This document shows, piece by piece, positions 38,813-47,325 of a DNA stretch of 64,000 nt. The DNA lies in NCBI GenBank assembly GCA_964539385.1, contig CAZIJC010000003.1, positions 1,503 through 65,502 on the forward strand, in the 5' to 3' direction. The stretch is from an uncultured Anaerolineales bacterium (GTDB lineage: Bacteria > Planctomycetota > Phycisphaerae > FEN-1346). Position numbers and translations under genes: made by a program. Every line of letters begins with the position of its first letter. Positions within the stretch are counted from its first letter, which is position 1. The notes under the pieces are model-generated. The model ran no database searches and was not told where the DNA came from. It saw only the letters and a list, made by a program, of their open reading frames with translations.

Positions 38813-41800
38813 TGGCAACCATACAGATAAACGAGACCGGCGCCGCGGGCACTATTGAGGATATGGCCCGCGTAGTGGTTTATACCAAGGCCAAGTGGTC
38901 TGACGACTGGACCCGCGCGCGCTATCTCTGGCCCCTGCGCATCGTGGACGTGGGCGGCCCCGGCGTCGGCTACGCCTCTTTGGTGTTTGAGGCCGGGCGC
39001 ATCACGCAACCGGACCTGACCACGTGGCACGAGTATCCGAAACTGGCCGACCTGTCCGGGGCGTTTGTCAAGATTTGCCGCCTGGCCGGCGAGCGGCCTG
39101 ACCTCGGTTGGGAGTGGGCCACGGAGTTCGAGACCCTTTGGATCGGCGTTATCGACATTCAGAATCTTGCCTATCACGGCGCCGACGCGAGCGACGAGGC
39201 GTGCAATCAGACCGTGACCGCCTTCGACCTGAAATACCTCTTGGCCGGCCGCCGGCTCGACCACGCTTGGGTATGCCCCAAGACCGGCGCCGAGCCGGTT
39301 CGCGTCGAGTGGGCGCCGCCGTTCAATCAGCGGATGCGCCGGGCCTTGCCCGTCCAGGGCAATGCGGTGAACCTGGGGGGCACGGTCGGCCACGTTTTCG
39401 GCCGCGAGACCGATGATGAAACCGAGGCCCTGCGGCGGTGGACGAATGCCGACGTGTTGCAATACGTACTGTATCGGTTCGCGCCCCGGATGGACCCGGA
39501 CGATGATGCCAGCGACCTCTTGTTTTATCCCGGCGGCCAGTGCGCGTTGCTTGACAACATCGTCGAGCCCCACGACTTTTCCGGCCGCAGCGTCCTGCAA
39601 ATCGTGCAGCGCCTCATCGATCCCCGGCGCGGCCTGGGGTGGCGCGTGGTCACCGACGGGGATGCCGGCAGCACCATCACCATCGAGGTCTACAGTATGC
39701 TGCCGGAAACCCTCACCGCCGGCGGTATCACCCTGGAGCGCAATATCCGGCCCGTCTCTCTGGACGTCCGGCAGGACCCCTTCGCCGGACACGCGGCGGT
39801 CACCTACAGCCGGAGCAATGCCTTTCAGACCGTGCGCGTGCAGGGGAACCGCGTCCTGGTTTGTTGCAGCCTGTCGATTGCCGACGGGACCCTTGAGGCC
39901 GGTTGGACGGGGACGCTTGAGGCGGCGTACAAGACCGCGGCCGGCAGCAGTGATGAGGCCGAAAATGACCGCTACCGCGGCCGCGACCAGTTTGAGCACG
40001 TCTACTCGCGTCTGGCCGTACCGGCCGGGTGGGATTGGCAGGCCGGCGACGGCGTGGGCGGGGACAAAATCAACGTCAATATCTACACCGATGATGCCGG
40101 CGATGCCATCACGCTTGTGCCCCTGCCCGCATTCGATGAGTTTACGGCCTTCGAGCGCGGCCTGCCCTTGTGGGAAGGGTACGACTACACCGAATGGCCG
40201 GCCGTCAATGAGAACCCCGCCGGCGCCGAGCCGTATCTGCGCCGCCCCCTGGTCGTGGTCAAGGCGCCCAATGCCGACGGTGATGACGTGTGGCACCTGG
40301 CCGACCGCCTCAGCGCTTCGGTCGATGAACTGGGAAAGCGCTATCCCAATGCGGGCGTGACGATGCTCGACGGGCGCCTGTGCCTGTCGGTGCGCTTCAC
40401 GCCCCGCCACGTCGCGGCGCTGAACCATTGGACGATCGAGGGCGAGGATGACCCGGCCTACACCCGGTGGCCGCCGATGGTGGATTACGCCGACTTTATC
40501 GCCACCGTGGCCCTGCGCGGCAACGCCCGCCTGGCCGTGGTGGTGGAGACCGGATTCTACTGCCGCGGACGGGTCTTGACCATCGACGTGCCCGACGCCG
40601 ACTTGTGGTGGGTGGTCGCGGGCACGGTGATCGACGTGGACTCAGGGGGCGACCTGGTGCGGATGGATGCTTCGCGCGTCCTGCATACCGACGCCGACCG
40701 CCTCAAACGTATTGCCATGTTGGCCAAGGCGTACTACCGGCGGCCGCGGTACACGGCGAGCCTGGTCTTGCGGCGTATCGACCAGGGCCTTGCGGTGGGC
40801 CACCTGCTTCACACTCTCGAGGGTGAGGACGGCGCCGGCCTCGATTCGGTCATCACCCGGCGGGTGTTCGACTTTATCGAGGGCACGACCACCATTGAGA
40901 CCGCCAACGCCGAACTGGACTGGCGTAGCCTGGTGGCCGACCAGGCCGGCGCAGGGCTGGCCGGCGTGACCCTGGCCAGGACGGTGGGCGTGCAGGGCCA
41001 CCGGCTCGATGCCCTTGAGCGCCGCACGGCCAACCTGCCCGACCGCATCCCGCCGCAGACCCCCAGGGACCCGCCCGGTCTTGAGTTTGGCACGGTACAG
41101 ACCCGGCACACCAACACCGGCACTCCGTGGGGGTCCTTCGAGGGCGACGGCTTTATCGAATGGATAAGCGTCTATCCATGCTCAAGCAATGGCGATGGCG
41201 TGGACGAGGACACCACCCTTACCATCAAGTGCACCCAAAAGGCTGAGGATACGACCGAGGCCAAGGTCGGGTTTGCCCATATCCTGGGTGGTCACGTGAT
41301 TGGGTTTGTGCGGATGGACGAACACGAGACCGCACCGGGGGGTGGTCCCTATGACGGCCAGGTCGTGGCCAATGCCGGCATCAACGGCGCCGTCCTGTCC
41401 GGGGTTGAGCCGAGCCATACCGAAATCCCGCCGTGCGAGTTTGGCACGGTCCTGGCCATCAAAAATCATGCCGACGGCGGGTGGGCGAGTTGGGAAGCGG
41501 ATGGCTGGATCAGCCACGTGCAGGTGGACACCACCTACAGCACCGGGGCGCCGGTTGACGACAGCGAAACCGTTTGGCTCAAGGCCGCCGAGGACGTGCA
41601 GGCCCAAATCGGTTACGACACCATCGAGGTGGGCGACGTGATTGGTTTCGTGCGGGGCGACGGGTGGGAGCCCAAGCCGGGCGGCGGCACGTTCCACGGA
41701 TACGTGATCCCCAACGCGGGCATCGACGGGGCGGTGCTGACCACCTACAAGGTCCGGGGACCCATCCTTTACGACCCATGGAAATACCCCCAGGTATTCC

Positions 41801-42561
41801 CGGCCCTGGTGGTCACCGCCGGTGACCCTATCGAGGCGCGGGTCTGGATGCCGACCATCGGGGCCTTTCCGGTTGACCCATCGACAAATCACTATTTTCT
41901 CACGCCCGCCGGCGTGACGGCTGCCGTTTCCTTTGACCAGATAGGCGACAGCGGGGACTTTACGGCCGACCCGGCAACTCTTATCCCGGCTTTGCGCGAC
42001 TACGACGCCGGCAACAATATCGCAGACTGGATTACCGTCCGGGTGGTGCCAGGCAATTGGTCCACCGAGGTGGCCGTCCCCCAGGGCGACGGCCACCTGG
42101 TGGACTGGTCGGGGACTCTGATCGACTATCCCCTGCCTTACGTGGCGTTTGTCGAAGTGGTGGACCCGCATGATACCGGCCTCTGGCAGCGGGCCTATAC
42201 CGGGGACCTCTACAGCGTGACGGCCGCACAGTATCGGTGCTACCTCATCGGGGATATCGGAGCCGGCGCCACCAGTTTCATCGACTACCGCAGCCGACAA
42301 TGGTTTGTCCGTTTTGACCGGCCGCCGCGGGCCGGCGCTATCATCCGGGTGCGCTACGTGGCAGTAAGCGCCTGCAAGTGGCGGTGGGTGGAAATCGCGC
42401 AGGCCATCGAGGGCGGAGATTTGGAGTATGTCCGACCCGAGGGCGGGGAAGATGACGGCTGGCTCCTGATCGACGACGATCCGGAGAGTGACTTTTATGG
42501 TTGTACGGTGCACGGTGACCCTCAAACCACAAAACTCGATACGACAACCCTCGGAGCGTAG
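38812..42561 (+). CDS. large tail fibre/host-specificity protein (1249 aa) with internal duplicated modules
   Basis: ATG at 38812 overlaps previous stop (TGATG); internal repeats IGFVR(M/G)D...PGGG...NAGI(N/D)GAVL. Confidence 0.55.
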   Translation: MATIQINETGAAGTIEDMARVVVYTKAKWSDDWTRARYLWPLRIVDVGGPGVGYASLVFEAGRITQPDLTTWHEYPKLADLSGAFVKICRLAGERPDLGWEWATEFETLWIGVIDIQNLAYHGADASDEACNQTVTAFDLKYLLAGRRLDHAWVCPKTGAEPVRVEWAPPFNQRMRRALPVQGNAVNLGGTVGHVFGRETDDETEALRRWTNADVLQYVLYRFAPRMDPDDDASDLLFYPGGQCALLDNIVEPHDFSGRSVLQIVQRLIDPRRGLGWRVVTDGDAGSTITIEVYSMLPETLTAGGITLERNIRPVSLDVRQDPFAGHAAVTYSRSNAFQTVRVQGNRVLVCCSLSIADGTLEAGWTGTLEAAYKTAAGSSDEAENDRYRGRDQFEHVYSRLAVPAGWDWQAGDGVGGDKINVNIYTDDAGDAITLVPLPAFDEFTAFERGLPLWEGYDYTEWPAVNENPAGAEPYLRRPLVVVKAPNADGDDVWHLADRLSASVDELGKRYPNAGVTMLDGRLCLSVRFTPRHVAALNHWTIEGEDDPAYTRWPPMVDYADFIATVALRGNARLAVVVETGFYCRGRVLTIDVPDADLWWVVAGTVIDVDSGGDLVRMDASRVLHTDADRLKRIAMLAKAYYRRPRYTASLVLRRIDQGLAVGHLLHTLEGEDGAGLDSVITRRVFDFIEGTTTIETANAELDWRSLVADQAGAGLAGVTLARTVGVQGHRLDALERRTANLPDRIPPQTPRDPPGLEFGTVQTRHTNTGTPWGSFEGDGFIEWISVYPCSSNGDGVDEDTTLTIKCTQKAEDTTEAKVGFAHILGGHVIGFVRMDEHETAPGGGPYDGQVVANAGINGAVLSGVEPSHTEIPPCEFGTVLAIKNHADGGWASWEADGWISHVQVDTTYSTGAPVDDSETVWLKAAEDVQAQIGYDTIEVGDVIGFVRGDGWEPKPGGGTFHGYVIPNAGIDGAVLTTYKVRGPILYDPWKYPQVFPALVVTAGDPIEARVWMPTIGAFPVDPSTNHYFLTPAGVTAAVSFDQIGDSGDFTADPATLIPALRDYDAGNNIADWITVRVVPGNWSTEVAVPQGDGHLVDWSGTLIDYPLPYVAFVEVVDPHDTGLWQRAYTGDLYSVTAAQYRCYLIGDIGAGATSFIDYRSRQWFVRFDRPPRAGAIIRVRYVAVSACKWRWVEIAQAIEGGDLEYVRPEGGEDDGWLLIDDDPESDFYGCTVHGDPQTTKLDTTTLGA

Positions 42562-42563
42562 CA

Positions 42564-43004
42564 ATGGCGGGGCCGTGGCACGTTACTAATTTCCGCTTCG
42601 ATAAGGGCGGTCATGCTATTGCGATTCAACTGCGGCGCTGGATTTCCAGTCAGCCCGATGTAGATGAGTGGCAATGGTACGATCTCGACGGCAACCCCAT
42701 AGAGGGGGAATCCGGGTCTGAGCCTGTCTTTCCGCATGTCTGCCTGGGTCTGCGATTAGACGCCCGCGGCCATGCCGTCGCCACTCTTGCATGGCTTGTA
42801 TCTTCTTCTGAATCCGGTCCATTGACGGTACAGTGGTATGACCTTGGCGGCGACCCCGTGGGCGACCCCATACTGTGGGTCGAAGCGGGGCCGGGCGCTG
42901 GTGACCTTGAGCACGTGCGACTCGACGCCCGCGGCCACTTTGTTGCCGTTGCCATGACTTATGAGCACATCTGGTATGATTTGGCTGGACAACTGGCGGC
43001 GTGA
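42564..43004 (+). CDS. repeat-containing hypothetical tail-associated protein
   Basis: Triple WYDL(D/G/A)G and double LDARGH(A/F)VA repeats; RBS GGAGCG. Confidence 0.45.
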   Translation: MAGPWHVTNFRFDKGGHAIAIQLRRWISSQPDVDEWQWYDLDGNPIEGESGSEPVFPHVCLGLRLDARGHAVATLAWLVSSSESGPLTVQWYDLGGDPVGDPILWVEAGPGAGDLEHVRLDARGHFVAVAMTYEHIWYDLAGQLAA

Positions 43005-43279
43005 AAGGCGGTTGCGTGTGCCGTCCCCTGCACGTCTTTGTGCATCAGACTCCCATGGCCGTATCGGGCCACTCCCCGCCCTGATGATGAGGCCATGCGG
43101 CCGCCGAGGCCCAGGCCCCCCCTTGGCAGGACCCTTCCGGGGGGTTCTCTGGCAGGCTGCCGGGTGCCAGGGATTGCGCAGGACGGCCGCAAACCTGCAA
43201 AGGTGGCCCTGGGTAGCCGCGCTTGCCCCCGCGTGCAGCCTGCGCGGCCCTGTGACCGCGTGGGATGCCTGGCGCGGGG

Positions 43280-43495
43280 TTAGGGGTGGGTTAGGGACCG
43301 GGTCGGCGGGGCCAGAGTGGCCGCACACCTGATGATGGCCCTTCTGGCCTTTTTTATGGCGGCCTCAACCGCCTGTCGATCGTCGGGCCGGTTCAGGCCA
43401 TGCTTGACTGTCCGGTCGAGTTGGTCGAGACCCGCCTTGACCCGAAAGAGCGGCCGGAGTTGGCCGGCGTACAGGTTGAACAGTTCGACGGTCAT
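43280..43495 (-). CDS. small hypothetical protein (71 aa)
   Basis: MTVELFNLYAGQLRPLFRVKAGLDQLDRTVKHGL... coding-like; ATGA overlap with upstream gene. Confidence 0.4.
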   Translation of the reverse strand: MTVELFNLYAGQLRPLFRVKAGLDQLDRTVKHGLNRPDDRQAVEAAIKKARRAIIRCAATLAPPTRSLTHP

Positions 43496-43812
43496 GCGCA
43501 ACCTCGTTGCGGTCCACCACGGTGCGGGCGCACCACGCGCAGCCGCGGCCCCGCGGGAGTGGTCCTCTTGGGCCGGTGCCACCTGGCCAGGCGCCGCACG
43601 TGTCCGATACTTACGGCCGCCGTATCGGCCGCCGGCGCCGGGGACTCGCCGCGGCTTAAGCGCTGGATGCGGCTGCGCCTGGTGGCCACGTGCTCCCCCC
43701 GCCACCGCACGGCAGCCGAGCGGCTTGAGCCCAGCGCCACCAGGCGCTGCCTCTCGTCGGGGCCTTGGCCCTTGACCATGAACACGCCCCACAACAAGGT
43801 TGCCTGACTCAT
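43492..43812 (-). CDS. Arg-rich basic hypothetical protein
   Basis: Both ends overlap neighbours by ATGA (43809-43812 and 43492-43495), arguing for a real coupled gene despite low complexity. Confidence 0.35.
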   Translation of the reverse strand: MSQATLLWGVFMVKGQGPDERQRLVALGSSRSAAVRWRGEHVATRRSRIQRLSRGESPAPAADTAAVSIGHVRRLARWHRPKRTTPAGPRLRVVRPHRGGPQRGCA

Positions 43813-44327
43813 CGGTCTCCCTTTCTTGCCGCCAGGTCGGTGATGCCGGCCTGCCGACAGGCATCATCGAGTCGGGCATCGGTCTCGGCAAAACCGAGCA
43901 CGGTCTGGCCGGCCGCCAAGTCACGCCCCAGGGCGCTGAGCCGGTCGGCCCGGCGCCGCAGCGGGTCGATACGCACGGTGAGCCAATGGGCCGCGTCAAA
44001 GCACTCCTGGGGTGTCGTGCAGATATAGAAACCATCCGGGCCGCTGCCGACCGGCTGCCGGCGCTCGACCACCAGGTCGGCCGCCCACTCGCGCACCTGG
44101 GTGCCGCGGCCGTCGGTCTTGACGCCGAGCCTGGCCAGAGCGCCCTTGAGTCTGGTGACCGTCCACGCCGAGCCGACCCCCTGGCAGTAGCGGTGCAGGA
44201 TGCCCAACAAAAGGAACTTGCCGAGGGGATTTTGGGCGGCGGCCCGGCCGGCCTCGGTACTCGAGTCCGGGTGCTCTTGGCCGGCGTCGGCCGCCGCGTC
44301 CCATAACCTGGGACCGTCATCCCCCAT
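43809..44327 (-). CDS. hypothetical protein with repeat-encoded N-terminus MGDDGPRLWD
   Basis: Start codon and RBS AAAGGTGA provided by partial copy of leader repeat R2. Confidence 0.45.
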   Translation of the reverse strand: MGDDGPRLWDAAADAGQEHPDSSTEAGRAAAQNPLGKFLLLGILHRYCQGVGSAWTVTRLKGALARLGVKTDGRGTQVREWAADLVVERRQPVGSGPDGFYICTTPQECFDAAHWLTVRIDPLRRRADRLSALGRDLAAGQTVLGFAETDARLDDACRQAGITDLAARKGDR

Positions 44328-44871
44328 GGTGGGTCACCTTTCTCTTTTTTGCGCGGCGCGCGTACGTATCCCAAATGGCGTAGTCGAGCGCGGCCGGGTC
44401 AAGGTCCAACGTATCTGCAATGCTCAAAAAGAGTACCTCGACCGCCCGGTACCTTGGGCCGGTGGGTGTCGATAAGGGCACGTCGTGGCCCTGCCGGCGC
44501 AACCAGGCCAGGACGTGCCTGTCCAGCGCCGCGTACCGTGCCCCCGGCCGTGTCTTTAACAGAAACATGTGGGCCGTTTTCGGGCCGACGCCGGGTACCG
44601 CTTCCAGATCCGCCACCGTGCACGTGGCCAGGTCGGCAATGGCGCCGGCGAGCAGTCGATTGACCGCCGCTTCGATGACGGCGTAGCGCCCGGTTCCGCA
44701 GGCTTTCAACCACGCCGCCAACCCGCCGCGGTCCGTGCGCCGGTCGCGCAGAGAATCGAAGGGCCGGCCCCAGTCCACAAGACGGCTTAGAACTTTGGTG
44801 GCGAATGCCTCGCTCTTGCCGGCCACAAGGAGACTAAAGAGTATCCATAATTCAAGGTCGGCGGTGCTCAT
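44317..44871 (-). CDS. HhH-GPD family DNA glycosylase
   Basis: Helix-hairpin-helix AVPGVGPKTAHMFLL followed by ALDRHV catalytic Asp block; start could instead be the repeat-encoded ATG at 44938. Confidence 0.65.
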   Translation of the reverse strand: MSTADLELWILFSLLVAGKSEAFATKVLSRLVDWGRPFDSLRDRRTDRGGLAAWLKACGTGRYAVIEAAVNRLLAGAIADLATCTVADLEAVPGVGPKTAHMFLLKTRPGARYAALDRHVLAWLRRQGHDVPLSTPTGPRYRAVEVLFLSIADTLDLDPAALDYAIWDTYARRAKKRKVTHHGG

Positions 44872-44875
44872 GGCC

Positions 44876-44940
44876 GCTTGCCTTTCCTGCTCACCAGCGG
44901 GCGCGCCGTCCCACAATCTGGGACCGTCATCCCCCATCAT
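44876..44940 (-). repeat. leader repeat R2 copy (RBS-containing)
   Basis: GGACGGCGCGCCCGCTGGTGAGCAGGAAAGGCAAG in mRNA sense, shared with 45519-45573; extra MGDDGPRLWD-encoding segment shared with 44297-44340. Confidence 0.6.
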
Positions 44941-45316
44941 GGGGCTTTCTGCATGTGTCATCCACTACGTCGATCTCCACCCGCGGATTGGCGCGGTCAA
45001 TGCCGACCTCGACTTCCTGGTGGACCATGCCGACATCGTCGGCCACCACGCCGGCGTCGGCCAGGCCATCGAACGCCGCCTTCATTGAGGCAAGCAAGTT
45101 GTCCCGATCGCGGCGGCGCGATCGGGCGAAGTAGAATCGGCACGTGACTCGTGCTTGCGTCCATTGCGGCCTGGCACGCGAGAGAGCCACCAGGGCCATG
45201 AGCCGGGCGCACTCGCGGTACCGTTTGACGGTGGCCGCCCGGATGAGTGGGTGCACTCGCGCGTTCGGTGAGAGTTCGCGCGGCGGCGGGCGCAGGATCA
45301 CAGTCACGCCATTCAT
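44927..45316 (-). CDS. rusA: RusA-family Holliday junction resolvase
   Basis: RDRDNLLASMKAAFDGL matches RusA catalytic Asp/Lys region; 129 aa. Confidence 0.7.
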   Translation of the reverse strand: MNGVTVILRPPPRELSPNARVHPLIRAATVKRYRECARLMALVALSRARPQWTQARVTCRFYFARSRRRDRDNLLASMKAAFDGLADAGVVADDVGMVHQEVEVGIDRANPRVEIDVVDDTCRKPHDGG

Positions 45317-45517
45317 GGCGCCTTGGCCTTTCTGCACGCCCTGACGTGGCGCTCAAAGTTGCGCAATGCGTAGATAAGCATGAGTTGCCGCCTACCGGCC
45401 ACCTTCGGCCGGCCGTCCTTGCGCCGGCTGCCGCGCGGATGCTTCACCTGGTAGCGCCCCGGAAACTCTCGACCGCAAACCGGGCAGGTCAACGGCTCAT
45501 CGCGGGCGGTGCTCACG
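45313..45517 (-). CDS. small zinc-finger protein
   Basis: GTG start after AGGAAAGG (in R2 copy); CPVCG...H...C; ATGA overlap with rusA. Confidence 0.4.
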
Positions 45518-46109
45518 GTCTCTTGCCTTTCCTGCTCACCAGCGGGCGCGCCGTCCAATACACCTGGCCGCACACGCTGCATCGGCCCACCCACAGCCGC
45601 ACGTTTTTGCCGCTGCTCGACTGGTAGAAATGATGGGGGTCCATGTTGACCGTCTCGGCCGTGACGTTCTTTTCTCTGGCCCGGTCGTGGGTCTCATCGT
45701 CGGTCGGACAAATGAAAGCAAATGGACCTTCCGGCTCGCGCATGGCCACAAAGCGCCACGTGTCCGGCGCCGGCCAGTCATCGGGCACAGACCCGCCCTT
45801 GCGCATCTGCTGATCGAAGGCCAGAAGCAAGGCCAGGCGCATGGGGATGCGCAGGTCGAGCAAGGTGTGCGGCAGCCAATAGACCTGCCAGTGGCGGCGG
45901 TGGCGGTATCCTTCCGGCCGGCTGCACGCGCCGGGGCGGTCGATGAGGGCGACCACCGCCTCGGCAATTGTGATCCGGCCCTGCCGGAACTCCATCACGT
46001 CGCCGGCAGCCGTCCGCGGGTTTTGGGGGAAGCACCAATGCGGCCATGCCCCGGCGCGGGTGGCGGTAAAGAGCGCGCGGTCGCCGCCGGGCGGCACGCG
46101 GACCCTCAT
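45513..46109 (-). CDS. hypothetical phage protein
   Basis: 198 aa from internal ATG; coupled overlaps on both sides. Confidence 0.45.
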   Translation of the reverse strand: MRVRVPPGGDRALFTATRAGAWPHWCFPQNPRTAAGDVMEFRQGRITIAEAVVALIDRPGACSRPEGYRHRRHWQVYWLPHTLLDLRIPMRLALLLAFDQQMRKGGSVPDDWPAPDTWRFVAMREPEGPFAFICPTDDETHDRAREKNVTAETVNMDPHHFYQSSSGKNVRLWVGRCSVCGQVYWTARPLVSRKGKRP

Positions 46110-46774
46110 GGTGCACCGCCTTCCGTGGCCTTGGCCCTGGCCTGCCATGCGGCTTGCTGCGCCTGGTCGGCCTTGAGGGCATTGGCCCACAGGTCGCCGG
46201 CGGCCGGACACAAGAGGAACCCCAGGGCGGCCTTGACCAGCGTGACGGGAATGGCATCGACCCCCTCGGCCTGCGCGCGCACCAAGGATACAAACTCGTC
46301 GCTCAGGCCGGCCATCGGCTCGGCCTCGGCCTTCACCCCTTCGGCCAGCAGGCGCGCAGCGGCCAGGGCCGCCATGCTCTCAAACCCGATGCACACCTGG
46401 ACCATCCCGGTGCTCGCAAGGTGCAGGACCACCGCGGCCCCATACTCGCCGGCCAGGGCGCGCACCTGTTTGAGCGTGCCGAAGCGGCCACACGGATTCG
46501 GGATGCTGTAGTTGATGCCCCAGGCGGCGCCGGGCGGGCACAGCATCGGCCGGCAACGGTCCTGGGGAATGACCTGCCCCTCGGCCTCAAGCGGCATGGG
46601 CAGCATCCGGTAGCCGGAGACCATCACGGCAAAAAGCCCATTGAGCGTGTCGGTGTCGGCGGCGTCGATTGCGGCCGGCGATAGGCCGGCCAGGACGGCG
46701 CCGCGCACACTGAGCGGAATGTACGGCGGCCGGGCGGGCACGCCGTCGCCCGCGAGCGTTGGTATTTCTATCAT
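46106..46774 (-). CDS. hypothetical phage protein
   Basis: 222 aa, ATGA overlap. Confidence 0.45.
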   Translation of the reverse strand: MIEIPTLAGDGVPARPPYIPLSVRGAVLAGLSPAAIDAADTDTLNGLFAVMVSGYRMLPMPLEAEGQVIPQDRCRPMLCPPGAAWGINYSIPNPCGRFGTLKQVRALAGEYGAAVVLHLASTGMVQVCIGFESMAALAAARLLAEGVKAEAEPMAGLSDEFVSLVRAQAEGVDAIPVTLVKAALGFLLCPAAGDLWANALKADQAQQAAWQARAKATEGGAP

Positions 46775-46825
46775 GGGATTCCCCTTTCTCGATAGGTTTC
46801 TGTGCCCGCCGATCGACGGACGCTT

Positions 46826-47107
46826 TCAGTTTTCTGCAGCCTCTACCTCGGTGACCTTGAAGCGGCCGCGGCCGGGCCGGTCGTACAGCACGGCCACAAA
46901 GTCAAGGCCGTCGGAGCGTGACGCCGTATCCGGCCATGACCACCGCATGTATCGGTGGCGCACGCGCTGGCCGGCGGCCTCAAAATCCACTTCCGCGGCC
47001 GCAACGGTTTTGCGGGCCTGGCCGGCGGGCACGTGTCCCCGAACGTAAAAATACGGCGGGCAATCCTCCCACCACAGTGCCATATATGTACCATCCGGTG
47101 TGGTCAT
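46826..47107 (-). CDS. hypothetical phage protein
   Basis: 93 aa. Confidence 0.4.
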   Translation of the reverse strand: MTTPDGTYMALWWEDCPPYFYVRGHVPAGQARKTVAAAEVDFEAAGQRVRHRYMRWSWPDTASRSDGLDFVAVLYDRPGRGRFKVTEVEAAEN

Positions 47108-47325
47108 TCCTCGGCCCCTTCCGAAATCAGCCCCTCAACATCGGCCTCGTGCCCCGCGATTTGAGCAATCAGGTCGCGGCATTGGCAGGCGGCCTCGTCC
47201 ACGTCGATCTGGCCGTTGGCGGCCGCCAGGCTGATGGCCCACCCGGCCAGGCCGTTCGCGTGGTCCTCAAGCGTTCTTGCGAGCCTTGACCTTTCCGCCG
47301 CGTCTTGCCCGTTTGGGTTTCCCAT
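47104..47325 (-). CDS. hypothetical phage protein
   Basis: 73 aa, acidic. Confidence 0.35.
   Translation of the reverse strand: MGNPNGQDAAERSRLARTLEDHANGLAGWAISLAAANGQIDVDEAACQCRDLIAQIAGHEADVEGLISEGAEE

Noticed and set aside
38782-42564. Minus-strand ORFs 38782-40428 (548 aa) and 41182-42564 (460 aa)
   Set aside because: Antisense to the 1249-aa tail protein, which has a clear RBS, operon context and internal protein repeats.
43280-44374. 364-aa minus-strand ORF
   Set aside because: Only the last 71 codons (43280-43495) look coding. The rest overlaps, in another frame, two genes supported by ATGA coupling and the R2 repeat.
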